Shown here in pieces: positions 51,701 through 59,640 of a DNA stretch of 64,000 nucleotides. Both the position numbers and the translations under genes were made by a program. The notes beneath the pieces are model-generated. The model did no database searches, was not told where the DNA came from, and saw only the letters and a program-made list of their open reading frames with translations. The stretch is taken from sequence record NC_041884.1; one strand, written 5' to 3'. Each line of letters starts with the position of its first letter. Position 1 is the first letter of the stretch.

Positions 51701-54700
51701 CAACAGTTAAAGCACCACCACCAATATTATAAGATCCGAAACCATAAGTAGTCCCAGCTCTAACAAGGGCGACATTAGAGGCTATTAATCTATTTTTACC
51801 ATTACTAGTTAGATTACTAAATTGAGTATTAATATTACTGAATTTAGTAGCAGTTGAAGAATCTAAATTAGTAACAACATCAGTTAAATCTTGAATCTTA
51901 CCTAAAGCGACAGTATGGTTATTAGTAGCTAATGTCTTAGCATCAGTAGCTACAGTTAAAGTAGCGGCATTTGCATCACTAGCAGCTTTACTAACAGTAT
52001 TAATCTTAGCATCAGTGGTAATAAACTGTTTACTAATTGATGTATCACTTGCCCAAGGACTTGGATTATTATTATCACCTATTCTAACTTCCAACATCAT
52101 TTGCTCTAAATAAATAATAGCACCTGATAACCCAGTAGGGTTAGAAATTAATAAAGGACAATACGTACCATCAGCCGTAATTTCTACAACTTGACTAAAA
52201 CGTTTTAACGACGTATTAAGAACATGTCTTACACGAGGAGAAGCCACTGTACCATAGATATTAAAATCAATTGGCATACTAGCTAAATTAGATTTAGCAT
52301 AGAAACTAAAGATATAAAAACCTTTAGTTAAGAATAAATTTCTAGTTGTGTAAGCTCCAGCTTCGTTAAAATAGACACCACTACCAACTGAAGTAGTCGG
52401 AGATAAGGTATATCTATTTACTGTTGGATTTTCATAACTAGGTTCAACAACAAAGGTAGTCCCTGAAGTCCAAGGAGGATTAGGAACACCAATAGGAGCA
52501 GATATACTTAAAGGTAATAAATTAACACCACCATTAGGCATAGTAGAAAACTTAGTATCAATAGTTCCAAATTTAGTTGCTGTTGAACTACTTAAATCTG
52601 ATACAGTTGAAGTTAATGTTGCAATAGATGAGTTAGATGCAGCAACATCACCTTTTAATTCAGTTCTGTAACTTTCTAAACGATCTGCTACAGCTTTAGT
52701 TGCATTTGCGGCTACAGTTTTAGCATCATTAATCTGAGCTTGAGAATTGATATAATCTTGCTTTGTATCCTGATAAGCAGGAGTCCAAACAGAACGCTTA
52801 GTTCCCAATTCAATTTGTACGTTACTAATTTTAACAATAGAAGTAAAATTATTACCATTAGCTTTAACAGTAATATTATAAGGACCAACTGTTGAAGAAG
52901 TAGAACAAATAAATGCAAAGTCAGCTACTTTGTTTACAGCATAAGGAAACCCTGCTAAACCATCTTTAACATTATCAACATACATTTCCTCTACTATAAT
53001 TCCATTATTAACTCCAATACTAACATCATTTAAAGTACCAGATTCAACTTTAACTTTAAAAGAGATAACAAATTTAGTATTAATTGGAAGAACAGTATTA
53101 ACAAAAGTATTAATAACTCCTGATGCGTTACTTGAACTCTTAAAGGAGTAAGCATACTCTTCAGGAATAGGAGTAAATAATGAAGGACTTCCAACACCTA
53201 AAGCATCTTTAAAGATCCATAAGTTAGGAGATGACATTAAGTTGTCTCTCTTAAACCCAGCCTTTAAAGTATTAATATCTGTAGATGTTGTTCCAGCTAA
53301 ATTAGTAATAGATTCTTGAAGATCAATAATTGCTCCAGATACCTCTGTATCTAAATCAGATACAGTTGTCTCTAGTGTGTTTAATCTAGAAGCTGATGAA
53401 GCAGCACTAGAAGAAGTAGCATCTAACTGAGATCCAAGACGAGCTTGTGATGCGCTAACAGGTAATAAACTATAAGGAGATAATGATTGACCTTCAGCCC
53501 ACTTAGAAGGGTTAGGATTTGTTCCATACTGTTGTTCTAACATCATACGTTCAATGAACATAGGACGACTAACTGTAGATCCAGCTGCATTTACAACAAA
53601 ACGAACAGTATATTTACCAGCAGTAGTAACATCAAAAACTTTAGAATATCTTGTAAGAGACGTAGCTAAAGTAATGGCTGTATTATCTAAAGCATTTACA
53701 ATATTACTTGCGTCTCTCATTAAATTTACAGAAATGCTTTGATTCGTAATAGACGAATATGCATAAAAACTAAGAATATATTTCCCAGGGTTTAAATCTG
53801 TAAATTCAGCTACAAAAGTGCTAGGAGAAGTGGCTAAAACAACATTAGCTGCTTGGTTAGGATCATACCTAATACCTTTTAGTCCTGTAACGATTGTACT
53901 GTCATATAAAGCAATAGTGTCTGTACTACCTGAAGGATAGAAATTACTTACATCTACAGGATTAGTAACTTTACTACTTAGTAAATTAATTCCAGAGTTA
54001 GGAACTGTAGTGAATTGAGTAGTAAGTCCAGAAATTTGATTAGCACTAGCTGTATCACCATCAGTAATTGCTTTAGTTAAATTAACAACAGTTGCGTCGA
54101 TCTTACTGTTTAATACCTTAGGCATTTCTTTATAGTCAGACCAATCAGTCGGCTTATTACCTAATTCAATCTTCCATCGACTAATGATTAAACCACCATT
54201 AATAGAGTCAGTATGAAACTGAATATTAGGTACAATATCAGTTGTTAAAGGAGTAGTTAAATTAATAACTTTATAGTATTGACACCAACCACCAGAAGAT
54301 AAATTTCCAATAACTCTATCAAAGTCTACATAATTGTAATTAGAAGCTAAGAATAATCTTGGTTTTCCTGTAGGTACTTTAGTAGTATCAACAGCTTTAG
54401 CCCAAAAACTAAATACAATAGAAATACCAGTAGTGTTTCTAAAATTATCAGTAGTAACTTTTAAATCAGTATCAGCACTCCAATAATTAGTTATATACGT
54501 ATAACCTAAAGTAGTAGCTGGATCTTGAATAGTAAGCTTTAAATACCCTTCAGGGGTAATTTCTCTTAATAACCTAGAATTACCTACAGTACCAACACGA
54601 AACTTATCTGTATAAGCTGCTAAATTAGCACTACCAATAGTAAAATTGTCAAATGTACTTTGTAATGTATTTAGTTGACTAACTGCATTACCTACAGCAG

Positions 54701-57700
54701 TTGTTCTATTAGTAGTTTCAGTAGCAATTAATCCTCTAACAGCAACATCATTATTTTCAATCGTTGTAGTAATAGATGTTAATTGAGAACCAAAAGCTTC
54801 ATCAGCATTAGCTCTAGCAGTAGCTTCATTAGTTACAGCAGCATTAACTTGATTAATAGCTTTTGTTGTTATCCAACTAGGTTTAGTATACGCTGAAGTA
54901 ACTGTTCCTTGTTGTAACTGAACATTACGAATTTCAAGTGTTTTACCAACTAAATCAGTAGCAGCTACATTGTTATCAGATGCTACATATCTAATACCTA
55001 ATAAACCATCATAAGAATCTGAAGGAGTTCCAGTATTTGTATTTATAAGATTGTTAAGTCTTACAGTAGTCCATTTATTAACTTCTACAGTTTGTAGAAA
55101 ATTAGCAATCGGATTTGCTTGTCCATAGATGTAAACAAAAACTCTAATCTTAGAGTATGCAGATTTAATTTCAAAAGAAACAGAATGTGGCTGTTCTAAA
55201 TTAATTTTAGACGGAAATTCAGTACTTTTTAAATTTCGCCATAAATTGCTAAAGATTCCACTAGATTGAGCAGTAATCGTTAATTTCTGATGTTGTAAAT
55301 CAGAAGTCATCATTTCTTTAGTAGCAGTACCGTAATCAGAACTACCTGAATTACTAAACCACCATAAATTATCTGTCCCTACTACATTACTTCCAAAAGA
55401 AGCTTGTAAAGAATTAACTTGATCAACTACAGTATCAATAGCTGTAGTTCTAGCTGTTCTCTCGTCTACAATTAAACCTTTTACTGCTACATCATTATCA
55501 TTGACTTTAGTAGTAAGAGCTTGAAATTGACTAGCAAAAGATGCCTCACTTGTTGTAATAGCTTTATTGATTTCAATAATAGAAGCTTCTAAATTACCAT
55601 TACTAGAGACCCAATCAGATGGAGCTGTACCAGTGCCTATTTGTTTTTCCACCATAATCATATCAACTAAGATATAATTATTGTCAGAGACAGCTTGATT
55701 ACCAGTATCACAATAAATTAAAAGATATCCACCTTCAGCTGGTACAGTATTAGGTACTGTAAGAACTGAAGAATATCTTACTTGGGTAGTCGTTAAAGCT
55801 ATTTCAGGACCGTTAATATACAAACCTGAGGATGCTCTAAAAGCAAATTTAAATTTAGTTCCAGCGATTCCTGCTTTAACATAAGCAGATACAATATAAC
55901 TGGTATTAGGTTTTAGTCTTAAATTATCATAAGTAGTTATAGTTTTAGCAAAAGCTAAATAACTGTTAGCTCCAGTCCCAGTCTTTTTAATCTTCCATTG
56001 TTTAGCAACAGAAGGATCTCTTAATGTACTAGGTTCTATTGTAGGAGTAACTGCATTAATTGTAATACTCTTAAGTCCTACAGGATCACTATATTCAGCA
56101 GCTAATAGGTTAACACCACTTCCACTAAAAGAACTCTGTAATAAACTTACAGACTGAGCTAAGGACTGGTCTGCATTGGATCTAGTTGTAGCCTCATTAC
56201 TAACTAAAGAAGACGTAATGCCTTTCTCTGTTTCAAAATCAGATCTTAACACTTCTAATAGTTGAGCATTACTTTCAATATCATTTGATAAAGCTTCTTT
56301 TTCAACTTGAATAATAGATCTAGTTTCAGTATCTAATGTTGTAAATTCAGTTCGAACTTGATCAATCTCTTGAGCTCTAGCCTGAGTCTCATCAGCAATA
56401 GCAGTCTGCAATGAAGAAATATTAGCATTACTGATAACTTCTCTATCTAATACATCGAAAGGAGATTCGATCCAATCAGTTGTCGCTATAGCATCTCCTC
56501 TCACTAACATCGCCCAATGTACAGTAGCTGTACCTGAAGTTGTAGCTTGAGGATAATAATAAAAATTAATTGTTGAAAAATTATTAGTTGTAGGAGTAAA
56601 AGTAGTCTTAAATACCTTCCTTACACTTCCTTTAGTAGTTGTACTAAAAGGAATAGCTACAGATGAACCTTGCCAACCTCTAATCTCAGCAGGAGCTGAA
56701 GGCTCAGAAGAAACATCATGAGTAATACATGCAATTAATGTATATTTCTCATTAATTACTATTGGCTCTCCAATAGTATATCCACCAATTAAATAAGTTC
56801 CAGCAGTACGAACTAGAGCTACATTTGACTTTTTAAGAAGGTTCTTACCAGCTGTATTTAAATTAGTAAAACTTGCATCTAATGTATTTAGTCGAGTAGT
56901 AATTGTTCCAACTTGAGAAGTTCTAATATCTCTTTCTTCAGCAATTAATCCTCTAACTTGAGTATCATTTGATGTAACAGTTGCACTAAGAGCTTCAACA
57001 GTACTAGCTGTAGCAGCACTTTGAGTTGCAGTAGCATCAGCTTTTTCAATAACACTAGCTAAATTAGTTTGCATAGTGCTTGAATCAGTTTCTAATGTAT
57101 CAACACGAGCATCCAGTGCTGTCATTGTAGAAGAATTGGCAATGCCATCTTCAATACGAGTAGTAATTTCTTCTCTTACGTTTGCAAGTGCTGCATCATT
57201 ACTTGTTTTATAATTAGTTATATTTTGAAGTAATTGATCATCACCAGAGATACGAGCAGTTGCTTCGTTAGTAATACCATTTTCTAACTCTGCAATTTTT
57301 CCTAATCTATCAATTTGTTCTAATGTAATGTCTCCAATAAGATCATTAACATTATTCATAACAGTTGTATTATTAGAATTTATTTGACTATTAACATAAT
57401 CAATCATCTCTTGAGTGACAGTTCCAGCATCAATACGGGCATTAAGGTCGTCAATCTTTTGAGATAAGATATTAATATCTTCAATAGCTAAATTATCAAT
57501 TTTAGCATTCAACTGTGTTACAGCAGTTCCTACTTTACTATCAATAGCAGCATTACGATCAATTACTTCCTGATTAAGATCAGCAATTAATTGATCAGTT
57601 TTACTTGTAATAACCCCTTCAATTCTAATAAACTCTGAATTGTAATAAGCTGCCTTAGCATCTACATCAGCTTGAACAGAGTCAATTAAAGTATTAGCAG

Positions 57701-59042
57701 CATCAATACGAGTATTAACTTCAGTCAATAGTTGATTCATCTGAAGTTTATTATTTTCAACTTGAGTTTCTACAATACCAGTAATGAGATTATATCTTGT
57801 ATCAACAATAGTGGTGATTTCACTCATTTCAAAAGCAAGATCATTGATATCTTTTTTAGCTGCTTCACTAGCAGCATCAATTAATCCTTGAAGAGTAGTA
57901 TCACCAGCAACTAACATATCAACAATTGCATCATATTGACTATGAATGAAATCATCTAATGTTTGATTAATTGTTTTTTGATTACTAATCTCACCATTAA
58001 TGTCAATGATCTTTTGAGTTAAAATACCATTTTGTAAACTTACTGTTTGTTGAAAATCGAATAAGGAATCTTTGTACTTGTTGCCAGCTTCAACAATAGA
58101 AGGTTTTAATGCTTCAATTTGTTGATTGATTAAATCAATTAGCTCTTGAGCTTTTTCATCTAAGTTTAAACCACCATTAGATATGCTAGTTTCCAATTCT
58201 AAAATATCAGAATCAATTTGAGTAAATTTATTATTAACTTGTAAAGTTAAACTATTAATAGCTGCATTTAATCGCTCGTCTTCAATTCCTAGACTAGCCA
58301 ATGTTTGATTAATTGTAGCTATCTTTAAATCAAATTCATCTTTTACTTCTTGAATCTTTTGATTAAAAACTACACTATTAGTTAGATACGAATTAAAACT
58401 ACTAGTGAGAAAATCAGTTAATGCGGCATATTGTTGATCAGAAAAACCTGATGCAAGAGTATTAATCTTATTACTTACATAAGTTGATAACTCATTTAAA
58501 TTATCAATAATGCTTTGATCTGCTAATTCTAAATTAGCAATTTTCTGTAAAATTTCTTGATCTAAAGTATCTAAAGCCCCAAATTTAATAGCAACTTCAT
58601 TTTGGAATTCTTCAAATACTCTTTTAAAAGCTTTAAAAGTCGTTTTATCTAGTTTTAGATTTAACGCATTAATAGCAGCATCGCTTAAAGGTTTTTCTTT
58701 ATCTGACGTATTATTAACTCGTCCTAAACCAATAGTTTCTGCAACTAAATCAATATCTCCTGTTAAACCATTAATAGATCTAACATATGGGTCAAGAACA
58801 CTTACCTTTTTAGCTAACGCTTCACGTGCTGCTTTTGATAAGGGCTTATCTTCATCTGAAGTATTATCTACTTGACCAAGTAAGATAGCTTCTTTACCAA
58901 AGTAAGTTAGAACATAATCTCTTACTTGGTCAATAGTAACATGATATAGACCTCGGCCACCTGTAGGTAATTTTTCTGTACCTACAATAAATGGAGCTTG
59001 TTCTAATAGATCTATTTCTGTTCCAATTATTTCAATTGCCAT
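42783..59042 (-). CDS. giant 5419-aa tail fibre/host-specificity protein
   Basis: NTSDxDKP anchor, long coiled coil, many GxNL...W-type galactose-binding-like modules, three PA14-like modules, DUF1983/J-like YAVKVNAGGLVAGYGL, F5/8-type C YIEVDLG...ARYFRLY. Confidence 0.88.
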   Translation of the reverse strand: MAIEIIGTEIDLLEQAPFIVGTEKLPTGGRGLYHVTIDQVRDYVLTYFGKEAILLGQVDNTSDEDKPLSKAAREALAKKVSVLDPYVRSINGLTGDIDLVAETIGLGRVNNTSDKEKPLSDAAINALNLKLDKTTFKAFKRVFEEFQNEVAIKFGALDTLDQEILQKIANLELADQSIIDNLNELSTYVSNKINTLASGFSDQQYAALTDFLTSSFNSYLTNSVVFNQKIQEVKDEFDLKIATINQTLASLGIEDERLNAAINSLTLQVNNKFTQIDSDILELETSISNGGLNLDEKAQELIDLINQQIEALKPSIVEAGNKYKDSLFDFQQTVSLQNGILTQKIIDINGEISNQKTINQTLDDFIHSQYDAIVDMLVAGDTTLQGLIDAASEAAKKDINDLAFEMSEITTIVDTRYNLITGIVETQVENNKLQMNQLLTEVNTRIDAANTLIDSVQADVDAKAAYYNSEFIRIEGVITSKTDQLIADLNQEVIDRNAAIDSKVGTAVTQLNAKIDNLAIEDINILSQKIDDLNARIDAGTVTQEMIDYVNSQINSNNTTVMNNVNDLIGDITLEQIDRLGKIAELENGITNEATARISGDDQLLQNITNYKTSNDAALANVREEITTRIEDGIANSSTMTALDARVDTLETDSSTMQTNLASVIEKADATATQSAATASTVEALSATVTSNDTQVRGLIAEERDIRTSQVGTITTRLNTLDASFTNLNTAGKNLLKKSNVALVRTAGTYLIGGYTIGEPIVINEKYTLIACITHDVSSEPSAPAEIRGWQGSSVAIPFSTTTKGSVRKVFKTTFTPTTNNFSTINFYYYPQATTSGTATVHWAMLVRGDAIATTDWIESPFDVLDREVISNANISSLQTAIADETQARAQEIDQVRTEFTTLDTETRSIIQVEKEALSNDIESNAQLLEVLRSDFETEKGITSSLVSNEATTRSNADQSLAQSVSLLQSSFSGSGVNLLAAEYSDPVGLKSITINAVTPTIEPSTLRDPSVAKQWKIKKTGTGANSYLAFAKTITTYDNLRLKPNTSYIVSAYVKAGIAGTKFKFAFRASSGLYINGPEIALTTTQVRYSSVLTVPNTVPAEGGYLLIYCDTGNQAVSDNNYILVDMIMVEKQIGTGTAPSDWVSSNGNLEASIIEINKAITTSEASFASQFQALTTKVNDNDVAVKGLIVDERTARTTAIDTVVDQVNSLQASFGSNVVGTDNLWWFSNSGSSDYGTATKEMMTSDLQHQKLTITAQSSGIFSNLWRNLKSTEFPSKINLEQPHSVSFEIKSAYSKIRVFVYIYGQANPIANFLQTVEVNKWTTVRLNNLINTNTGTPSDSYDGLLGIRYVASDNNVAATDLVGKTLEIRNVQLQQGTVTSAYTKPSWITTKAINQVNAAVTNEATARANADEAFGSQLTSITTTIENNDVAVRGLIATETTNRTTAVGNAVSQLNTLQSTFDNFTIGSANLAAYTDKFRVGTVGNSRLLREITPEGYLKLTIQDPATTLGYTYITNYWSADTDLKVTTDNFRNTTGISIVFSFWAKAVDTTKVPTGKPRLFLASNYNYVDFDRVIGNLSSGGWCQYYKVINLTTPLTTDIVPNIQFHTDSINGGLIISRWKIELGNKPTDWSDYKEMPKVLNSKIDATVVNLTKAITDGDTASANQISGLTTQFTTVPNSGINLLSSKVTNPVDVSNFYPSGSTDTIALYDSTIVTGLKGIRYDPNQAANVVLATSPSTFVAEFTDLNPGKYILSFYAYSSITNQSISVNLMRDASNIVNALDNTAITLATSLTRYSKVFDVTTAGKYTVRFVVNAAGSTVSRPMFIERMMLEQQYGTNPNPSKWAEGQSLSPYSLLPVSASQARLGSQLDATSSSAASSASRLNTLETTVSDLDTEVSGAIIDLQESITNLAGTTSTDINTLKAGFKRDNLMSSPNLWIFKDALGVGSPSLFTPIPEEYAYSFKSSSNASGVINTFVNTVLPINTKFVISFKVKVESGTLNDVSIGVNNGIIVEEMYVDNVKDGLAGFPYAVNKVADFAFICSTSSTVGPYNITVKANGNNFTSIVKISNVQIELGTKRSVWTPAYQDTKQDYINSQAQINDAKTVAANATKAVADRLESYRTELKGDVAASNSSIATLTSTVSDLSSSTATKFGTIDTKFSTMPNGGVNLLPLSISAPIGVPNPPWTSGTTFVVEPSYENPTVNRYTLSPTTSVGSGVYFNEAGAYTTRNLFLTKGFYIFSFYAKSNLASMPIDFNIYGTVASPRVRHVLNTSLKRFSQVVEITADGTYCPLLISNPTGLSGAIIYLEQMMLEVRIGDNNNPSPWASDTSISKQFITTDAKINTVSKAASDANAATLTVATDAKTLATNNHTVALGKIQDLTDVVTNLDSSTATKFSNINTQFSNLTSNGKNRLIASNVALVRAGTTYGFGSYNIGGGALTVGEKYTLVFCASHLRGGADTTSYVGAWVNGSQGLSTVAANQVINATKQIRMITFTRTSAGAGSNISFYLFPSGTDAATTATVHWAVLFDGELNVKPTDWSQSPYDIDAMFAANVTATDAKIAQAQQTSTDANSATAQSLSQLTTSFNSMILGGDNLYDDPGKFFAAGTAEAGLTSSINSDKTILTVVSTNAAANYVSGTMDMTKLPRLFELCTTGNKVCVSFDIRITSGGTIGSPSVYWGTQMGYLATTPLTGETLEAGKWRRVYHVRDFAANYTTPSIHFGFAGLVGTYEIRNVKIEKGSRPTPFDSSFVNTIRAIDSKVESYQSANTTAFDTQANTLNTVKSSFENMTIGGQNLWSLESNGVAAQEWGNTTISWIDRDQEYYRGTFVSANATNGLARVYFHSCLVADAKPAIGDSLTVSFWVRSNVTKQLGWYAYSYGATIANRLFTVTPNWQFVTGTLTVANLGATGSTNQLFAISVPSGAFAAGDWYEVKQVQLQLGNRATSFDKSTPAIVKVLNKTSADLTTFQSTYASDKLATAQSFTNVRTEFADADRSLDGKITTLATSTTNADTAINQRITTVESSVYPQLTLPTEYDDKEPNKWLKVVYTKRGGEAETVIPEYKHLIANTVITSNYVGSSTSLVSSTHDNVFIAYRTFVNVTSAKTINLGAMTNNCSVAMYVDNTKVYDSVPRSSGGTAVTFALSAGWHCIDLLVNEGTGDENVSVATSLGSQVTNMYPAMNTKSLVDNLGPRVDALVLNNYYTKTGTNEAIAAIDTKLSSKLEVVRDSDSLTADYNLKLVSEWQSHYGYDLTNYFTTITDGKVGPYVFSKPTTVANCWNYSRTILPNNRAYKFSVWMRREVGSGGSCGFNWLLIKPNGIRTTSQYSSASRVVTADGNWQFVEMIFDLTSQKDIYPQFSPGFFINHTVSGYKGEVQGFHVRALLSADDTDNTVATVAQVQTKLDATVIDAYYTKTQADQATAGKISDFKSTLQVGSANLIPNSSFEVNTTGWLSNGTPTLTIVNDATIPTTATKCLKVITTATLHGILRPLPYNVPAGTEITFSVWLKADTAGVKVRLLPGDHDISTYEATLSTTWTRYFFTTKVISAGIPQVRIYGSAASTFYVSRAQYEVGNIPSDWSKAAIDIDSQLDSTATAIDNINTAVGMSGSQATKITNLESTTTTLTKDVSDAGYLARSFNSGKLLYADPTFKVGTNSVNGYSGTVPARVAKSSDNPTTSGFEMKISSSTLSSPGWAGFYQNINSRANAVFLVKYIMKFPEGWTVLPASNAIGNDSRNVFIGNNKGTGRYETYIRRIECGATGTFSTTGHVYFNKSTGSTPSPTTDSPLEIYLASIEAYDLTDYDDVPPAIKSTLADYQSQMDTLTTKDDAQAFRYEQLRSAFTVDGYNGRLPVNPDFAQANKWLCVIFVRPEAYVAVAPTYSIINTYSIESTLYVTESTAVGNGTLSLPTGKIGAYRTRVYVAVGKTINVGPMQGDDAWGLYVNGILIKSSISSAMETVDTTFTLTAGWNIIDVLVNNNASVGGFRFTKLLSTLVDKMYAPNRNEVLIGSFGTVMNNYYTKADADTAIAAGAQTISASNIAQALQLPDTRDVNQPPSWYWANYPRRKVQEFKTGSAIGSPGGITGYGVLETTIPWNDSSGGYIIQVWTAGDSLNTHTRFSVGTTGWSPWKSDIKNLDAAKPTMAQIDSKYLTQAGVDGAIAQEIKTLSASIGSDNIITNGNFSNTTNGLYGWRNNSGTAISAYKDTNGKTWCLVNSTDTTTAFKGLIQTITSAGNELLLSNAKYTLSFYAQALDANNKNVNVIIHRLNSANSNSQLSTSLAINTTSPSRLTFTFTTIADLKHINIIIYSPTGYAPNFIVTDVMLQQGEVATAFVKSATELQAQTQVVNEAISGPDGILAKYAVKVNAGGLVAGYGLIADANNGTPTSAFAVEANQFYIGSPTSNKKPFIVLTSPGTINGTPVPAGTYIDSVLIANATIKSAQINSLTTDKIVLEGGTSKAGNLTAGRTYTINSNGSTSTSTVPNDGNYKVGSVYVSFGTGNSSNSGTERDYIEVDLGAVYAVTQSIAYWYAQDARYYWYKIKYSIDGVTWNYFAGNSTNTGWSTSNPSTGDGAGVKYQTVSTEDAFYPGVTARYFRLYGNGNSVNVGNHIYEWLLYGTTTTVIDGSQIVANSITASQIRADAITVGSSTNFQNGYNPAEISATLNDQILNINKSVGSNMLPNQFDYSKSNQWAVFVAGKTQPYLSINVVPDYSYINLFPTTSSYYANDGSTMTSTNLNSVIYHRAIFTVNTTKTINLGNFVGDDAHAIYLDGNLIFSATSYTTSPVSFSVTAGTHVIDIIVNNGVGNGGFTTPTTLSSQVDEMYAAKIPSNNIERLDSGIGKVFTKVASARLNGGSSNILVIHTPIKLSAYMCDLTITGYNYTANTDAQFQIDIGFYAYTTTNPFPANQRVAAKGINITNVSFALDANKNVVIIIEKTGSWSYPAVYVDRAAITHTNPPDSFQGGWSIAWESDMTVYTDRSYVMNMDLFETQAGAQKKVDDLVIGGTNLLLSSGDERTVSTTGTTEVYLPSYLIDGGSLNPNTTYTVSGWFKCSGAFSTMDIYWLGGSTPYQFTKINLTTSYQYITWTFKTNASSQVGYIRIDNNGSTTSGTAAALFAKAVKLEIGNKATDWSPAIADTENKIVSINSTLSDIAADNKLTPVEKKNTKVIWDEIVKEKPTLVQQADTLGVSTSLYNSRYDTLNGYITPILTNLNTTSDIVRTTFQTNFSNYYDQKTLLLKAIADANVARANAYTDSIEVGSRNYLFNSSFEVNRNDWTTNGTPTVDIFTDTTIPNGATKCLRMVTSGSGQGIYRTLNNLLKETGIPIVVSFWAKASAAISLNVSNEGHTGTSVVPLSTTWKRYTVSLTKTTVNPNIVLYAAAAGTYYISRVQYERGNKATEWKPALEDIDASNF

Positions 59043-59078
59043 TTTAAATCCTTAAGGGAAATAAATACTTAATATACA

Positions 59079-59111
59079 AAAAGGCATCTACTTAAAAAGT
59101 AGATGCCTTTT
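59079..59111 (-). terminator. rho-independent terminator after the spanins
   Basis: aaaaggcatctact-taaaa-agtagatgcctttt; 14-bp stem with T-runs. Confidence 0.85.
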
Positions 59112-59112
59112 A

Positions 59113-59637
59113 TTAATTTTCTTGTTTATATTCTTTTAATATTAAATAAATTTGATCAATCTCTGAATTCAAATCTTGGATTATTAGTCCTCTTCTGTCA
59201 GCCTCAGCTGCCACTTCGACAAGCATTGTTGTACACTCGGTGAATACATTTTCATATCGGTCAACGTATTTGATGACTTCCTCTCTTGAAGCTGAGGTGT
59301 TACGTATACTACTTCTGATTTTACTCTGGGACTGCTGCAAGCTGTTAAGTTGAGACTTAGTACTATTGTACTGATCATTAAGAGCTTTAAGTTTTTTCTC
59401 ATACTGTTCTTCTCTCTGTTTACTTAATGTTTGATACTCTAAAGTCATTGACTTAATTTTAATATTAGCTTTCTCTAAAGCCAGTTGATTAGCAATAAGA
59501 ATATTTTCTTGTTCTTTATTTAAAGCTTTAACTTTATTATGAAGTATGTAATTATTTGTAACTAAAATAGTAAATATTAAACCTACTATAAAGTAAGCTA
59601 TATATTTTAGATTTATACTGAAAAAAGGAACAATCAT
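59113..59637 (-). CDS. i-spanin (Rz-like)
   Basis: N-terminal TM helix then periplasmic coiled coil; contains an embedded lipoprotein ORF. Confidence 0.8.
   Translation of the reverse strand: MIVPFFSINLKYIAYFIVGLIFTILVTNNYILHNKVKALNKEQENILIANQLALEKANIKIKSMTLEYQTLSKQREEQYEKKLKALNDQYNSTKSQLNSLQQSQSKIRSSIRNTSASREEVIKYVDRYENVFTECTTMLVEVAAEADRRGLIIQDLNSEIDQIYLILKEYKQEN
59184..59402 (-). CDS. o-spanin (Rz1-like lipoprotein) embedded in the i-spanin
   Basis: Signal MRKNLKLLMISTIVLSLN-LTAC lipobox, in a different frame fully inside the i-spanin. Confidence 0.75.
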   Translation of the reverse strand: MRKNLKLLMISTIVLSLNLTACSSPRVKSEVVYVTPQLQERKSSNTLTDMKMYSPSVQQCLSKWQLRLTEED

Positions 59638-59640
59638 ATC

